64,000 nucleotides of DNA from an uncultured Verrucomicrobiae bacterium (GTDB lineage: Bacteria; Verrucomicrobiota; Verrucomicrobiia; Chthoniobacterales; UBA10450): contig CAVTMK010000003.1 in NCBI GenBank assembly GCA_963735805.1, positions 384,001 through 448,000 on the forward strand, written 5' to 3'. Positions 10,188 through 20,111 of the stretch are shown here, piece by piece. Below the pieces are notes generated by a model. The model was given only the letters and a program-made list of their open reading frames with translations. It searched no databases and had not been told where the DNA came from. A program made the position numbers and the translations under genes. Each line of letters begins with the position of its first letter. Within the stretch, counting starts at the first letter, position 1.

Positions 10188-10814
10188 CTAGGCAAGCATG
10201 TCGGTTGCACAGCGCGCGTAATCAACAATGCTATGCGCCTTGAGCAAGGCCGAAACCATGACAACGCGCTTTGCTCCGGCATCGATTACCTGCTGAAGAT
10301 TGTCGATGTTTATTCCGCCGATACAGAATATTGGAATGCTGACCTCGATGTGGACTTGTTTGATGTCGCTCACTCCAATTGGCTTGTAATCCGGTTTTGT
10401 TGGCGTGGCGAAGATCGGACCAAATCCGATGTAATCAGCGCCTTCGTTCTGTGCCGCGAGCGCCTGAACAAGGCTGTGTGTCGATTTGCCGACAATCAAA
10501 TCTCTTCCCGCTCTTTGACGAGCAAAAAGAATTGAATCGTCGTCCTGCCCGACATGCACTCCTTCGGCAGGAACTTGCGCCGCGACGTCGGCATGGTCAT
10601 TCACAATCAGAGGTGTATCAGATTGTACGGTGATTTGATGGATCTCAGATGCGACATTGACTAACTCGTCGATCGATTTTCCTTTTCCGCGAAGCTGAAT
10701 TAGATCGATCCCGCCGCGGACCATTTGTTCCGCGATACGACTGCAATCCCGCGGTAGCGGGACGTAACCGAGATCAATGATGCCGTAAAGGCGGCATTCG
10801 TGTAGCCCTCTCAT
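10188..10814 (-). CDS. thiE: Thiamine-phosphate synthase
   Basis: QLRGK, IVND, GVHVGQDD, STH, TPTK, IGGI motifs. Confidence 0.95.
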   Translation of the reverse strand: MRGLHECRLYGIIDLGYVPLPRDCSRIAEQMVRGGIDLIQLRGKGKSIDELVNVASEIHQITVQSDTPLIVNDHADVAAQVPAEGVHVGQDDDSILFARQRAGRDLIVGKSTHSLVQALAAQNEGADYIGFGPIFATPTKPDYKPIGVSDIKQVHIEVSIPIFCIGGINIDNLQQVIDAGAKRVVMVSALLKAHSIVDYARCATDMLA

Positions 10815-10890
10815 CGTCGCAACGCAACTTTGTAAGTGCGCATTCCATTGCTCGCAATTACAAAGGCCGCGTATTGCGACCAGATAAAGT

Positions 10891-11070
10891 CTATCTCAAC
10901 GCTGTAGTGTGAGTTTCTCCAGCAGAATATCGAATCGAATCATCCCCGATGGTAATCAGTTCGCTGCTAAACGGTGGCGGCGGTTTTGCAGGGAAGAGCG
11001 GTCGTAAAACCGCGAACACTGGCGATACGAACGCAATGGAGACAAGTACGGACATGGTTGCACACTTCAT
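10891..11070 (-). CDS. Small putative secreted protein (59 aa)
   Basis: MKCATMSVLVSIAFVSPVFA signal-peptide-like N-terminus followed by a Pro-rich segment; occupies otherwise empty intergenic space. Confidence 0.45.
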   Translation of the reverse strand: MKCATMSVLVSIAFVSPVFAVLRPLFPAKPPPPFSSELITIGDDSIRYSAGETHTTALR

Positions 11071-11276
11071 GTCGCCGCTCTTAGCAGGATCAATTAGCAT
11101 CGCAAGTAATATTTTTTCGTGATCACGGTAATTAAGGGCAACCCTGCATGCCTCCTATTTGTTCAAAGCTTACGTTGTCTGAAAGAATCTTTGAAGTTTG
11201 CAAGTTTCTGCCCATTCGACCTTGGCGGAGCAGATTCCAGTTTGCGATCTTCCGTTTGCGATTAATTTTTCACCCG

Positions 11277-12521
11277 ATGCCACAGTTTGCATATCGTGCT
11301 CGCGACGCGCAGGGCAGCTTGGTTGAGGGTGTACTCGATTGCGCAGATCGAGCGATCGCGATCCGACAAATTGAACTGCAAAAATGTATTCCCGTCCGGA
11401 TCGACCTGGTGGGGCCCGAGCCCAAAACAGCACCACACGATGCCGCAGGAACCGCAGCACCCACGCAGAATCTGAAAATTCCACACGGTCAGTTGCTTGT
11501 TTTCACGGAACAGCTCGCCCATTTGCTCCAAGCGGGTATGACGCTGGACGAAGGTTTGTCGGTTTTGGAAAAGCGTTTGAAGCAACCGCGCGTCCAGCAG
11601 ATGACGCATACGCTGCATCAGGCGTTAGTCGATGGCCGTAGTTTCTCACAGGCGTTAAGTGCGCTCCCTCGAATTTTCCCGCCGCTCTACGTAAATCTGG
11701 TGGCTGCCGGCGAGGCGAGCGGAGCGCTGCCGCAGATACTGCTCCGACTGGTTAAACACCTGATGCAGGCCAAAGAGCTGCGAGATCGGGTACAACAGGC
11801 GTTGATTTATCCGGCATTCCTTGCGCTGGCTGGCGCCGTGCTTGTTACAATTTTCATAACGTTCATGGTGCCACAGTTAACTGGATTTATGGCACAAACC
11901 GGCGGAGCGCTTCCATTGCCTACGCGGATTCTGCTGCAGATTCATCACGCACTTACAGGGTATTGGTGGGTTGGCCTGCTGGCGGGGATTAGCGTAGTCA
12001 TCGGCTTCCGCGCTCTCGTTCGCAGCGACGAAGGGCGTACCGCTTGGGATCGTTTCCGGCTAATGATCCCCGGCTACGGGCGGATTGTTCGACACCGTTA
12101 CTACGCGCAATTTTCACGCACGCTGGGAACTTTGATGGAAAATGGAATCCCTCTGCTGCGCGCGTTAGATCTGGTAACGGAAATTGCAGAAAACCGGTTC
12201 CTCGAACTCAAGTTGGGCGAAGTCCGGAAGGCAGTAATCGACGGCGCGACTCTCTCCGCCGCTCTGCAAGCGCAAAAAATGTTCCCTGACTTGTTCACGG
12301 ACATGATGTCGGTGGGAGAACAAACGGGGCATTTCGCTGAAACCATGCAGGCTATTGCCGACGTTTATGAGCGCGAATTGGACAAGACGGTTGGCGTGAT
12401 CTCGCAGCTTATTCCACCGGTCGTCATCGTCGTGATCGCCGGCCTGGTCGGGTTGGTTGTTTTCAGTATCCTGTCGGCCGTATTCGAGATGACGCACAGC
12501 CTGCAAGTCAGGCCGCACTAA
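11277..12521 (+). CDS. gspF: Type II secretion system F family inner-membrane platform protein (GspF/PilC)
   Basis: MPQFAYRARD start, FTEQLAHLLQAG, AGEASG, ALIYP, VGEQTG. Confidence 0.93.
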   Translation: MPQFAYRARDAQGSLVEGVLDCADRAIAIRQIELQKCIPVRIDLVGPEPKTAPHDAAGTAAPTQNLKIPHGQLLVFTEQLAHLLQAGMTLDEGLSVLEKRLKQPRVQQMTHTLHQALVDGRSFSQALSALPRIFPPLYVNLVAAGEASGALPQILLRLVKHLMQAKELRDRVQQALIYPAFLALAGAVLVTIFITFMVPQLTGFMAQTGGALPLPTRILLQIHHALTGYWWVGLLAGISVVIGFRALVRSDEGRTAWDRFRLMIPGYGRIVRHRYYAQFSRTLGTLMENGIPLLRALDLVTEIAENRFLELKLGEVRKAVIDGATLSAALQAQKMFPDLFTDMMSVGEQTGHFAETMQAIADVYERELDKTVGVISQLIPPVVIVVIAGLVGLVVFSILSAVFEMTHSLQVRPH

Positions 12522-12571
12522 AAACTGAGAGCTTGCAATCAAGCCTCTGCTCGAATAATCTCGCCCGCTCA

Positions 12572-13639
12572 ATGTTACTTCGCGCCGTCTTTGCGATATC
12601 GTTCGCCGCGATCTGTCGCGTATACGCACAGGAAGCCTTCACGAATGCTCTCCCGGCTCCCACCGAGGCGATGCAGCAGCAGATCCCAGAGAGCGCCTGG
12701 CTTGATCTGCGCCAAAACGAGCCTCAAAATTCAAAACCGCAGAACGCTCCCGCCTGGGTTGAAGCGCTCACCATGTTACCCGCCGAAACGACAGAGGGGG
12801 GCACTACCATTTCCAAAAGCGTATTTCGCATTCGAGTGACGCAACCGAGCCCTGATTATCAGGTTCTCTTTTTCCGCCTGTTCTTCGATGACAAACCGGA
12901 GCAGCAGCCCGAATTAGTCGCCTGGGACGAATCCGGCACACACGTTTTGCGCTCTGGCACGCTTGGGGCGGGAATGAATCTGCCCAGCTCTGATTCGGTG
13001 CTCATTCCGATGACCGGCGCTTCCTCGATCGATATCGAAGTACCGGGAGATGGAAAAACGGTTAGAGGAGCGTATCTCGATTGGATGGCAAGCAGTGAAG
13101 TCGTGCATCCTGTAAACACAGAACATCGGGACGTAATTCCCGAACCTTTCTCATCGGTACCGACACTGCACGCGCCACCTGATGACGTAGAGAATTTTGG
13201 AACCGTTACGGCAACGCTCTCGGCAGAAACAATCCGGATTAACGGACAAACTCAGGAGAGTGCCGCATTCCAATTTCCAATCGAAGCGCAACCGCTGACG
13301 GCGCTGTTGACTTTTGAAGTCGCCAACCCGCGCATTGACGCTCCACCGGAAGTTTATCTCAACGGCCAGGATGTTGGGCCCGCTTCTCTCATGCTACCTG
13401 ACCTATCCGACCCCGGTTACCGCGGTGAATCGCAGCCGCTCGCTACGCAGATGCGCTTCAACTACACGGGTTGGCTGCGCGCCCAGAAAATTGTACCGGC
13501 CTCGAGTTTGACAGTTGGCACGAACGATTTGGTCATTACCAATGGGACGGACACTGACGCTTCGGCAATCCGCGCGACACAAATTCAACTAAAGTATCTC
13601 TGGGACAAGTCGGATTATCTATTGCGCACCCGGCACTAG
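12572..13639 (+). CDS. Hypothetical exported protein within the T2SS cluster
   Basis: Signal peptide (..ICRVYA|QE); beta-rich; no family recognised. Confidence 0.7.
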   Translation: MLLRAVFAISFAAICRVYAQEAFTNALPAPTEAMQQQIPESAWLDLRQNEPQNSKPQNAPAWVEALTMLPAETTEGGTTISKSVFRIRVTQPSPDYQVLFFRLFFDDKPEQQPELVAWDESGTHVLRSGTLGAGMNLPSSDSVLIPMTGASSIDIEVPGDGKTVRGAYLDWMASSEVVHPVNTEHRDVIPEPFSSVPTLHAPPDDVENFGTVTATLSAETIRINGQTQESAAFQFPIEAQPLTALLTFEVANPRIDAPPEVYLNGQDVGPASLMLPDLSDPGYRGESQPLATQMRFNYTGWLRAQKIVPASSLTVGTNDLVITNGTDTDASAIRATQIQLKYLWDKSDYLLRTRH

Positions 13640-13702
13640 AAATTCTTAAGGAGCTGGGTACTGTTACCATGCCAGAATGGGAAGGGTGACTCCTTTATCG
13701 AA

Positions 13703-14122
13703 ATGAGAATGAAAAGAAAACAACAGGGCTTCACGCTGCTCGAGATCATGCTCGTAGTGAGCATCATCGTGATCATATTAGGAGTAGCGATTTCAAAACT
13801 CGGCAACACGACTGCCATCGCGAAAACCATGCGGGTTCAAGCGGACGTCCAGGCGATCAAAACACAATTGCAGTTGTATGAAAGCATGAACGGATTTTAT
13901 CCAACCACGGAACAGGGCCTTCAGGCGCTGGTGACTCCGCCAGACAAGGACCCGAGGCCAGCCAGATGGTATCAGTTGTTTAAAGAACTGCCAAAAGATC
14001 CCTGGGGAAACGATTACATTTATCGCTGTCCAGGGGTTAAGGATCCAGGCGGCTACGACCTTTATTCTGCCGGGGCGGATCGGCAAACTGACACGGCTGA
14101 CGACGATTGGGGCGGCGGCTAA
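13703..14122 (+). CDS. gspG: Type II secretion major pseudopilin
   Basis: GFTLLEIM prepilin site, YPTTEQGLQALV, KDPWGNDY, SAGAD. Confidence 0.95.
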   Translation: MRMKRKQQGFTLLEIMLVVSIIVIILGVAISKLGNTTAIAKTMRVQADVQAIKTQLQLYESMNGFYPTTEQGLQALVTPPDKDPRPARWYQLFKELPKDPWGNDYIYRCPGVKDPGGYDLYSAGADRQTDTADDDWGGG

Positions 14123-14148
14123 CCGGCCTGCGAGGCCGTATTTCGGTC

Positions 14149-14763
14149 CTAGTTTTTGCTGCCCGATCCCTGCGCCCTCGCCCCCCTGGGGCTGCGCTGA
14201 ATCATACCCCGGGAATGGGGGGTTCGAACTTGTCGGTTCGTTGGAACCAACTGTTGGATCTCCGCAGGCAGTCCCGCGGGTAATTTGGGTGGAACAGGCG
14301 AGCCAGGAACGTTAGGCGCCATGAGCGTTCTTGCAGCTAATGGGCCGGTCGGCGCGGCTTGTTGCAGGAGCGCCTGATTAAAAGTGATTGTCGCAAAATT
14401 TCCGTCTTTGCTGATGGTCACCTTCGTCGCACCGACGCGGTCCGACCATTCAATGTTAGCGATACTGTAGCCATCTACCGGTGCGTTAGTGGTAAGATAT
14501 TTTTTGAAACTGTGATCGGAAGTCGAAGCGAGCGTTACCATATCGCCTTCAGATGATCGCGCGGCGTTGGCCACGTAAAGATCCTTCGCGAAATCGGGTG
14601 TCGCTGCAGGCGCTGCCACTGCCGTTGCGATTGCGAACGGCGAATTGTCCACCATTTTTGAGTAACGATTGTAAGTGAACCGTGGTGGCAGAACATCCTC
14701 GGCCTGCGCGCAGATTACCCCGAGCAGAACTGCGACTGACATTACCGTAAGCGAATATTTCAT
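14149..14763 (-). CDS. Hypothetical exported/anchored protein at the end of the T2SS operon (possible GspC-like)
   Basis: N-terminal hydrophobic segment, SPF motif, Pro-rich tail; assignment mostly from context. Confidence 0.6.
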   Translation of the reverse strand: MKYSLTVMSVAVLLGVICAQAEDVLPPRFTYNRYSKMVDNSPFAIATAVAAPAATPDFAKDLYVANAARSSEGDMVTLASTSDHSFKKYLTTNAPVDGYSIANIEWSDRVGATKVTISKDGNFATITFNQALLQQAAPTGPLAARTLMAPNVPGSPVPPKLPAGLPAEIQQLVPTNRQVRTPHSRGMIQRSPRGARAQGSGSKN

Positions 14764-14781
14764 AAATCGACTAACCCAATA

Positions 14782-15333
14782 TTACTTGGTTCGTTGCGCC
14801 GGAGCAAACCAGCGGGCGATTTTAAACTTGCCACGCATCACGGTCTGATCGCTGCCATCGATCCCCAGATTAACGTTCTCAAACACGATGAAACCATCCG
14901 GTCGCTGCACGTCATAAAGAAAATGAACCAGGGGCGGCCACGGGCTCTTTGTTTCAATGGACGCAAAAACCGTCTGATGATACGGCGTTGTTTCGCCGGA
15001 ACCGATCGCTGGATTCTCGACTAGAACATTGTATTTGCCGGCTATCTCCTTTAATTGGTCAAGCAGCGCGGACGCTTCCGCTGGATTCTTGAGGGTCGGT
15101 TGATGTTCCCGGATCCATGCGTCGCGTTTTGTCCAGAGATCCCGTTCTTTCACGTAAAGAGTTTGTTCGGACAATGTCGCCCTGCGAACCGAAATTTGCT
15201 TTTGTGCGCTGGCAAGCGCGCCGAAAATCCAATCCAAAATAAAAAGGTTGAGTAATGAAAACACCGTGCCGGCCGCTACCCAAGCGAGCACGCGCTCACG
15301 CCGATTCATCCTATGATACCATGCCGGCATCAT
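14782..15333 (-). CDS. GspM/PilO-like assembly protein
   Basis: MNRRERVL + single TM + ferredoxin-like C-terminus; operon context. Confidence 0.7.
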   Translation of the reverse strand: MMPAWYHRMNRRERVLAWVAAGTVFSLLNLFILDWIFGALASAQKQISVRRATLSEQTLYVKERDLWTKRDAWIREHQPTLKNPAEASALLDQLKEIAGKYNVLVENPAIGSGETTPYHQTVFASIETKSPWPPLVHFLYDVQRPDGFIVFENVNLGIDGSDQTVMRGKFKIARWFAPAQRTK

Positions 15334-16592
15334 CGCTGCTTCCCCTCCAACCGGAACTGCGCATGGTCGTTTGGCAGAATGCGCGGCGCAGGCATTTCGA
15401 ATTTAAAGACTCGCAAATCAGGATTCTTCTTGATCTTTTCAATGAACTGATAAGCGAGAGCAGTTGTATTTGCTTCGCCATCTACGGAAATCTCTCGCGC
15501 GGATTGGTTGTAAGCGGTAATCCGCACCTCGGGTGATGGCAAACTTTCGAAGAGATGCAGCAGAATTTCGACCGGATAGTAACGCGCATCGATCGCAGGA
15601 GCCAGTGCCTTCCAGTTCGCTTCCGTCGCGCGGACGAACTGCGTCTGGGGCGCGTCGTATGCAATGCGTCGGTCGAGATTTCCGATCTGAAATCGGAGCA
15701 GGCCCAGATACGCGAACATAAGAAAGAGAAGCGCCACATAAGCGCCACCTATCCACAGGAGTCGATTTCGCCATTCTGCCTGCCTGATCAGTTGCGAGCG
15801 ACGACGGCGCCAGCTTTCTGGCAATAGATTTAATTTTACTGCGGCAGGTGGCAACTCGATCCCAACGATCTCCGGGGAACTAGCCAGGATTCCCTGCACA
15901 GTGTCCCGCATTTGGTAGCAGCTTTCATCCAACAACACATTTGTAGAGGAAGCGTTGATACCTTGCAGTTCGGCGCTCATTCGCAATTGGGGCAACTCCA
16001 GTTGCAATTGTTCCCCGTTGCCATTTTCAAAGACTCGCGCAAGGCTCAGTTTGCCGTTTTCCGTCATGGCGTAGACCAGCGTCTCGCCTTCCGGATAAAT
16101 TAGAAGAGCATTTCCCTTGGGGGCATGAGTGCTGGCTCGCTGCGCGGCATAAACGGTCACCTGCCGTGGGATAAAACCGCGATCAAACAAGGGAGCCGCA
16201 ATCTCGGCGAGTTGTTCGTTTCTGATCGCCACAGCCGAGACCACGCTTTCATTGTCGTCCTGCTCGATCACTTCAAAATCGGTGGTTACCTCGTCGGCCG
16301 AAAACGGCAATACCTTCTCGATCTGGATCCGAATCATTTCCGGAAACTCTGCCGGATCGACACTTGGTAATCGAAATCGTTGCGCGAGCACGGCAGTGAC
16401 CGGCAACCCAAGTACAAAATCGTCAGTTGCGGAAAGCAATGGCACCGCTTCCCCTAGTGTCTGCAGCTTGCGCACGTTCCATGAGCCGTTCTGGTTGGCG
16501 TTGCCGGCCGCAGCTTCGTGCGACGGTGTCGACGTGACTGAACGCAGGAAATTCCATCCATGCGCCGTTGGAATTATGAAGATCGATGGCAT
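15330..16592 (-). CDS. GspL (PilM/PilN-like) assembly protein
   Basis: Actin-like N-domain (QIEKVLPFSADEV), LNLLP motif, TM, PilN-like C-domain. Confidence 0.75.
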   Translation of the reverse strand: MPSIFIIPTAHGWNFLRSVTSTPSHEAAAGNANQNGSWNVRKLQTLGEAVPLLSATDDFVLGLPVTAVLAQRFRLPSVDPAEFPEMIRIQIEKVLPFSADEVTTDFEVIEQDDNESVVSAVAIRNEQLAEIAAPLFDRGFIPRQVTVYAAQRASTHAPKGNALLIYPEGETLVYAMTENGKLSLARVFENGNGEQLQLELPQLRMSAELQGINASSTNVLLDESCYQMRDTVQGILASSPEIVGIELPPAAVKLNLLPESWRRRRSQLIRQAEWRNRLLWIGGAYVALLFLMFAYLGLLRFQIGNLDRRIAYDAPQTQFVRATEANWKALAPAIDARYYPVEILLHLFESLPSPEVRITAYNQSAREISVDGEANTTALAYQFIEKIKKNPDLRVFKFEMPAPRILPNDHAQFRLEGKQR

Positions 16593-16605
16593 CCCTGTCT
16601 CGAGG

Positions 16606-17595
16606 TCAAAGCTCCTTCCAACTCATTATCTGAGGGCGGCCGCCGGCGCTGCCTCCTTTTAACACTATCATCTGAATAGTACGTGTAATGTCGCCCGATC
16701 TCCCTACGCTCGTGACGCGAAAGACCAGAGTGTTTTTAAAGCCGAACGTCAAGCCCGGAATCTGCTGGAGTTGTTGCTGGTTAAGACCGAGCGCAGTTTG
16801 AACCTCCGGCGGTAATGATCCAGTAACGGCGCCTCCTTGCGTCGTTTGGCCTTGGGCGCCACCGGATTGGAAATCATCAGCTGTTCCATCGATGCCATCA
16901 GGTCCTCTCCGCAGTTGCAAAAAGCGATCTACTTTATCATCTCCACCTATCCCGAAAGCTTGCACGACAGCGCGCAACATGTCTCGCGAAGCCCACCCAA
17001 GATCGAGCATTCCGTTACAATTGCTGAGTGTAAAATCTTCGTCCCAACCCGGCTTAGATGTAAATTCAGTCCACCCACAGATTTTCTTTAGGTCGTCCAC
17101 CGAAGTCAGTGCTGCATGCGCTGGTTGATAATTCTCGCTCTCTGGGCACGCGTTGAGCCGGTGAAGTCCCGGCGGCGACGTCCAGTCAAGCAATGAATCT
17201 ACCATCCTGTCCGCATTATTCAGTTCCACCCCTTTGAGGCTGAGATATTGGCGCAGAATTTCCTTGAGCGCTGTGTTTTCGACTCCCCCGGGCGCGAGCA
17301 AGTTCAAATTCACTCGACCACATTCTCCCATCATTTGGACATCGTAGCCTTCTTGGTTGCCCAGTTGTCCATGCAAGTTCGCAGAATCCGGCTTGACCAG
17401 TGGATGCAATGCAAGGTCGGCGCCCGATGAGGCCATGGCTTCGGCGTCCAAAACGCGGCTTGCATTGCCTGAAATCGCAAGCCGCGAGTTAATCTCCAAG
17501 GCCCATGAAATGATCATCGCGCTGAGCAAGAACAGCGCCCACAACGCAAGCATTAGTGCTGCGCCATTACGCAATTTCGAATTTGAAGTCTTCAT
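16606..17595 (-). CDS. gspK: Type II secretion minor pseudopilin GspK-like
   Basis: GAALMLALW, GRVNLN, LLDW, SVDDLKKICG. Confidence 0.8.
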   Translation of the reverse strand: MKTSNSKLRNGAALMLALWALFLLSAMIISWALEINSRLAISGNASRVLDAEAMASSGADLALHPLVKPDSANLHGQLGNQEGYDVQMMGECGRVNLNLLAPGGVENTALKEILRQYLSLKGVELNNADRMVDSLLDWTSPPGLHRLNACPESENYQPAHAALTSVDDLKKICGWTEFTSKPGWDEDFTLSNCNGMLDLGWASRDMLRAVVQAFGIGGDDKVDRFLQLRRGPDGIDGTADDFQSGGAQGQTTQGGAVTGSLPPEVQTALGLNQQQLQQIPGLTFGFKNTLVFRVTSVGRSGDITRTIQMIVLKGGSAGGRPQIMSWKEL

Positions 17596-17597
17596 TC

Positions 17598-18233
17598 TCA
17601 GTACGGCGTCCGCTTCAGTGGAATAATCACCTCCCATGGCACAGGTGAATCAGTCCGTCCCACAGTCAGCCTTACAAGCCATGGTAACTGGGACGTGTTT
17701 GACCAGCGATCGATCCAGTTGTTCAAGTTTGGACTGAAGTAATTGATCTGGAGACTGGTCACATTCTTAATCAATGGCACCCATGTCTCGTGTCCTTCGC
17801 CGGCACCGGAATCATCTCTGGGTTTTCGCAAAAAGCCGAGGTCCAGCCGGTCGCTCTTTTCGCTTTCCGGTTGCAGCCGCAGCGTAACTGTAAAGTCCCC
17901 TGGAGCATACCGAGTAAGAACCCCAGGACCAGCGCCGGAGGTCCAACGCACCCAATCACGCTCGCGATCATTAAGTTTGAACGGTTCACCGTACATTCTT
18001 GATCGAATGGAACCGAGGTTCTGCCATTCCGCGCTGAGGAGATCGCGCAACCCGTCATACTGGGAGTCCATGGCGGCTGTATCAGATGACAGCCGCAGCG
18101 CGAGCATGTTCGATTGAACAAAACGAAAAATCGCCAGCGACATCAGCCCGAGGATTCCAACCGCAAGCATGATCTCTAGCAATGTGAAACCACCGACGCG
18201 AAAGGTTCGCCCCTTAGCCTGGGCGGTAAACAT
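17598..18233 (-). CDS. Prepilin-type minor pseudopilin (GspJ-like)
   Basis: GFTLLEIMLAV; C-terminal W..RW....LPWLVRLT. Confidence 0.8.
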   Translation of the reverse strand: MFTAQAKGRTFRVGGFTLLEIMLAVGILGLMSLAIFRFVQSNMLALRLSSDTAAMDSQYDGLRDLLSAEWQNLGSIRSRMYGEPFKLNDRERDWVRWTSGAGPGVLTRYAPGDFTVTLRLQPESEKSDRLDLGFLRKPRDDSGAGEGHETWVPLIKNVTSLQINYFSPNLNNWIDRWSNTSQLPWLVRLTVGRTDSPVPWEVIIPLKRTPY

Positions 18234-18612
18234 AAAACTTGATCTGTTTTGACTCAGGGATGCCGCCCTGCTGCCACTGAGCCGTTAGCGTAACAAGATA
18301 GATTCCATCGAGAAGCGTGTTATCCGGTTCTGTCAGTCCGGCTGCCGCGGCCTTTTGGACGACCTTTATTGCCCCGTAATTGCTGGCGACCTTGAATTCC
18401 TTGGAATCATCTGGAACCCCTCGTGCGGTCTGAATTTCCGCCATGCGATTCGACAAAATCTGTCGCACAGCGCCTTCTTCAGCGTTGATCGCACTTGCGT
18501 TCAGGCAATTCTCCACCGCGTGTCCAAGTGCGATGACGCCGAGGGCAAAAATCGTGATGCCAAGGAGGACTTCGTACAGGGCAAATCCGCGGCGATAGTT
18601 TCGCGTTTCCAT
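18214..18612 (-). CDS. Prepilin-type minor pseudopilin (GspI-like)
   Basis: GFALYEVLLG prepilin site; position in operon. Confidence 0.75.
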   Translation of the reverse strand: METRNYRRGFALYEVLLGITIFALGVIALGHAVENCLNASAINAEEGAVRQILSNRMAEIQTARGVPDDSKEFKVASNYGAIKVVQKAAAAGLTEPDNTLLDGIYLVTLTAQWQQGGIPESKQIKFYVYRPG

Positions 18613-18616
18613 TCTG

Positions 18617-19090
18617 TTATCGCACTGCATAACTCGTAATTTCTGGCCGTCCGGTCAGCGGCGAGTAATTCGCCGTCCATGAACCAGCGGCACCTTGAAA
18701 ACGAACAGTCGCGGGTTCACAGGTTCCCGATGGCCAGAAAATCCATTCAGGCGGATATTTGTCCGCCAGGGCCACCGGCAATGAGAGTCTTAATGTGCTT
18801 CCTTTGCGCGGACGAAACTCAGCTTTTGCTTTAACCTCCTCATCTTCCGCAAAGGCTTCGGGCCGCACTGCAACATTGTTCTTAGCCCAGACAATCAAGT
18901 AGGGACGTCGCTCGGTGACGCTTCGCGTCTGCGCTTCACGCACAAGACTGTTAAAATCATCCAGCGATTGCTTCAAACGTCTATTTGCTATCACGCCGGT
19001 AAGGCTCGGCACCGCCAGCACAAGCAATAACAGCAATATGAAGATACTGAGAGCGATCTCGATTAACGTGAAACCCCGGGCTCGTTGCAC
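18617..19090 (-). CDS. Prepilin-type minor pseudopilin (GspH/FimT-like)
   Basis: GFTLIEIAL...LAVP, F.PSG; GTG start. Confidence 0.8.
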   Translation of the reverse strand: MQRARGFTLIEIALSIFILLLLLVLAVPSLTGVIANRRLKQSLDDFNSLVREAQTRSVTERRPYLIVWAKNNVAVRPEAFAEDEEVKAKAEFRPRKGSTLRLSLPVALADKYPPEWIFWPSGTCEPATVRFQGAAGSWTANYSPLTGRPEITSYAVR

Positions 19091-19197
19091 TAGCGAAAAT
19101 TACTCCTTTCACCGGAAATCACAACAGCACCTGCCGACGGCGTTCCTGTCTAGTTGACCATACTCGTCAGCAACGACACGGGTAAAGCAAACCAATT

Positions 19198-19974
19198 TCA
19201 ATGACCCGGGGCATAACCGTGAACTGCGGTGAAAGCGACCGTCTGCGTCCACCAGGCAGGATCGCCGCAATGGCCAAGGAAATTGTCAATCAGTGCGTTG
19301 TTAAGGCTCTCAGAACCGACCAAGTCTTCGCGAAGTTCTTTGATGGTCTGCGTCCAATAATCCGCCCACAAACTGGTCCCGTTGTATACTGGGCTCTCCG
19401 CGGTGCCAGCGATTTGCTCGAGACCCAAGACCGCTAATCTCGGTGCCAGAGTACGGCCGATTTGATAATCGATTCCCCGGTGTCGTGACCATGCAAGCCA
19501 CCCACTCCAGAATGCATGTACTTCGGGCGGCTCGGCGATCGTGACGGGAAGGAAATCCGGCTCAATCAATAGGATGGCACCTCCGGGACGCAAACATGCA
19601 ATGAGATTCACGATCGCCTTTTCGGCGTCAGCAATGTGGTGAAGCACTGCACGGGCGGTTACAACGTCGAAACTGCCAGGCTCCACTGGCCCCGCAACGA
19701 TATCAGCCCTACGAAGCTCCAAATTCGGCAAGTGCACATCGACGAGCGAAAGATCGAGGTCGACTGCTACGGCTCGTCCATCTGGAGCGACTTGCCGGGC
19801 AAGCCACGCAGAAATGGAGCCGTTGCCGCAGCCGACTTCCAGTGTCCGAGCGCCCGATTTAAGGACGTCTAGCGATTGAAGATACCGGCGATGCATTGGA
19901 TCGAGTAGTTCCGACATCAGCGCGAGTCGGTTCCCCTCGCCTTTCAAGTGGTGACCAAGAACATATTCGGGCAT
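19198..19974 (-). CDS. Class I SAM-dependent methyltransferase
   Basis: LEVGCGNG, FDVVTARAVLHH, LRPGG; start at MPEYVL. Confidence 0.9.
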   Translation of the reverse strand: MPEYVLGHHLKGEGNRLALMSELLDPMHRRYLQSLDVLKSGARTLEVGCGNGSISAWLARQVAPDGRAVAVDLDLSLVDVHLPNLELRRADIVAGPVEPGSFDVVTARAVLHHIADAEKAIVNLIACLRPGGAILLIEPDFLPVTIAEPPEVHAFWSGWLAWSRHRGIDYQIGRTLAPRLAVLGLEQIAGTAESPVYNGTSLWADYWTQTIKELREDLVGSESLNNALIDNFLGHCGDPAWWTQTVAFTAVHGYAPGH

Positions 19975-20111
19975 GCGGCGGCGGTCATCGTAAGTTATTG
20001 AAGTATTAGCGGCAATGGTCGCCTGAAACCGGACGAAGCCGCAATCAGCCGCTAAAAAAAAGCAAGCAACCGACAGCAGCAGCGCTCGTATGTGATAAAC
20101 TTTAAGGCGAA

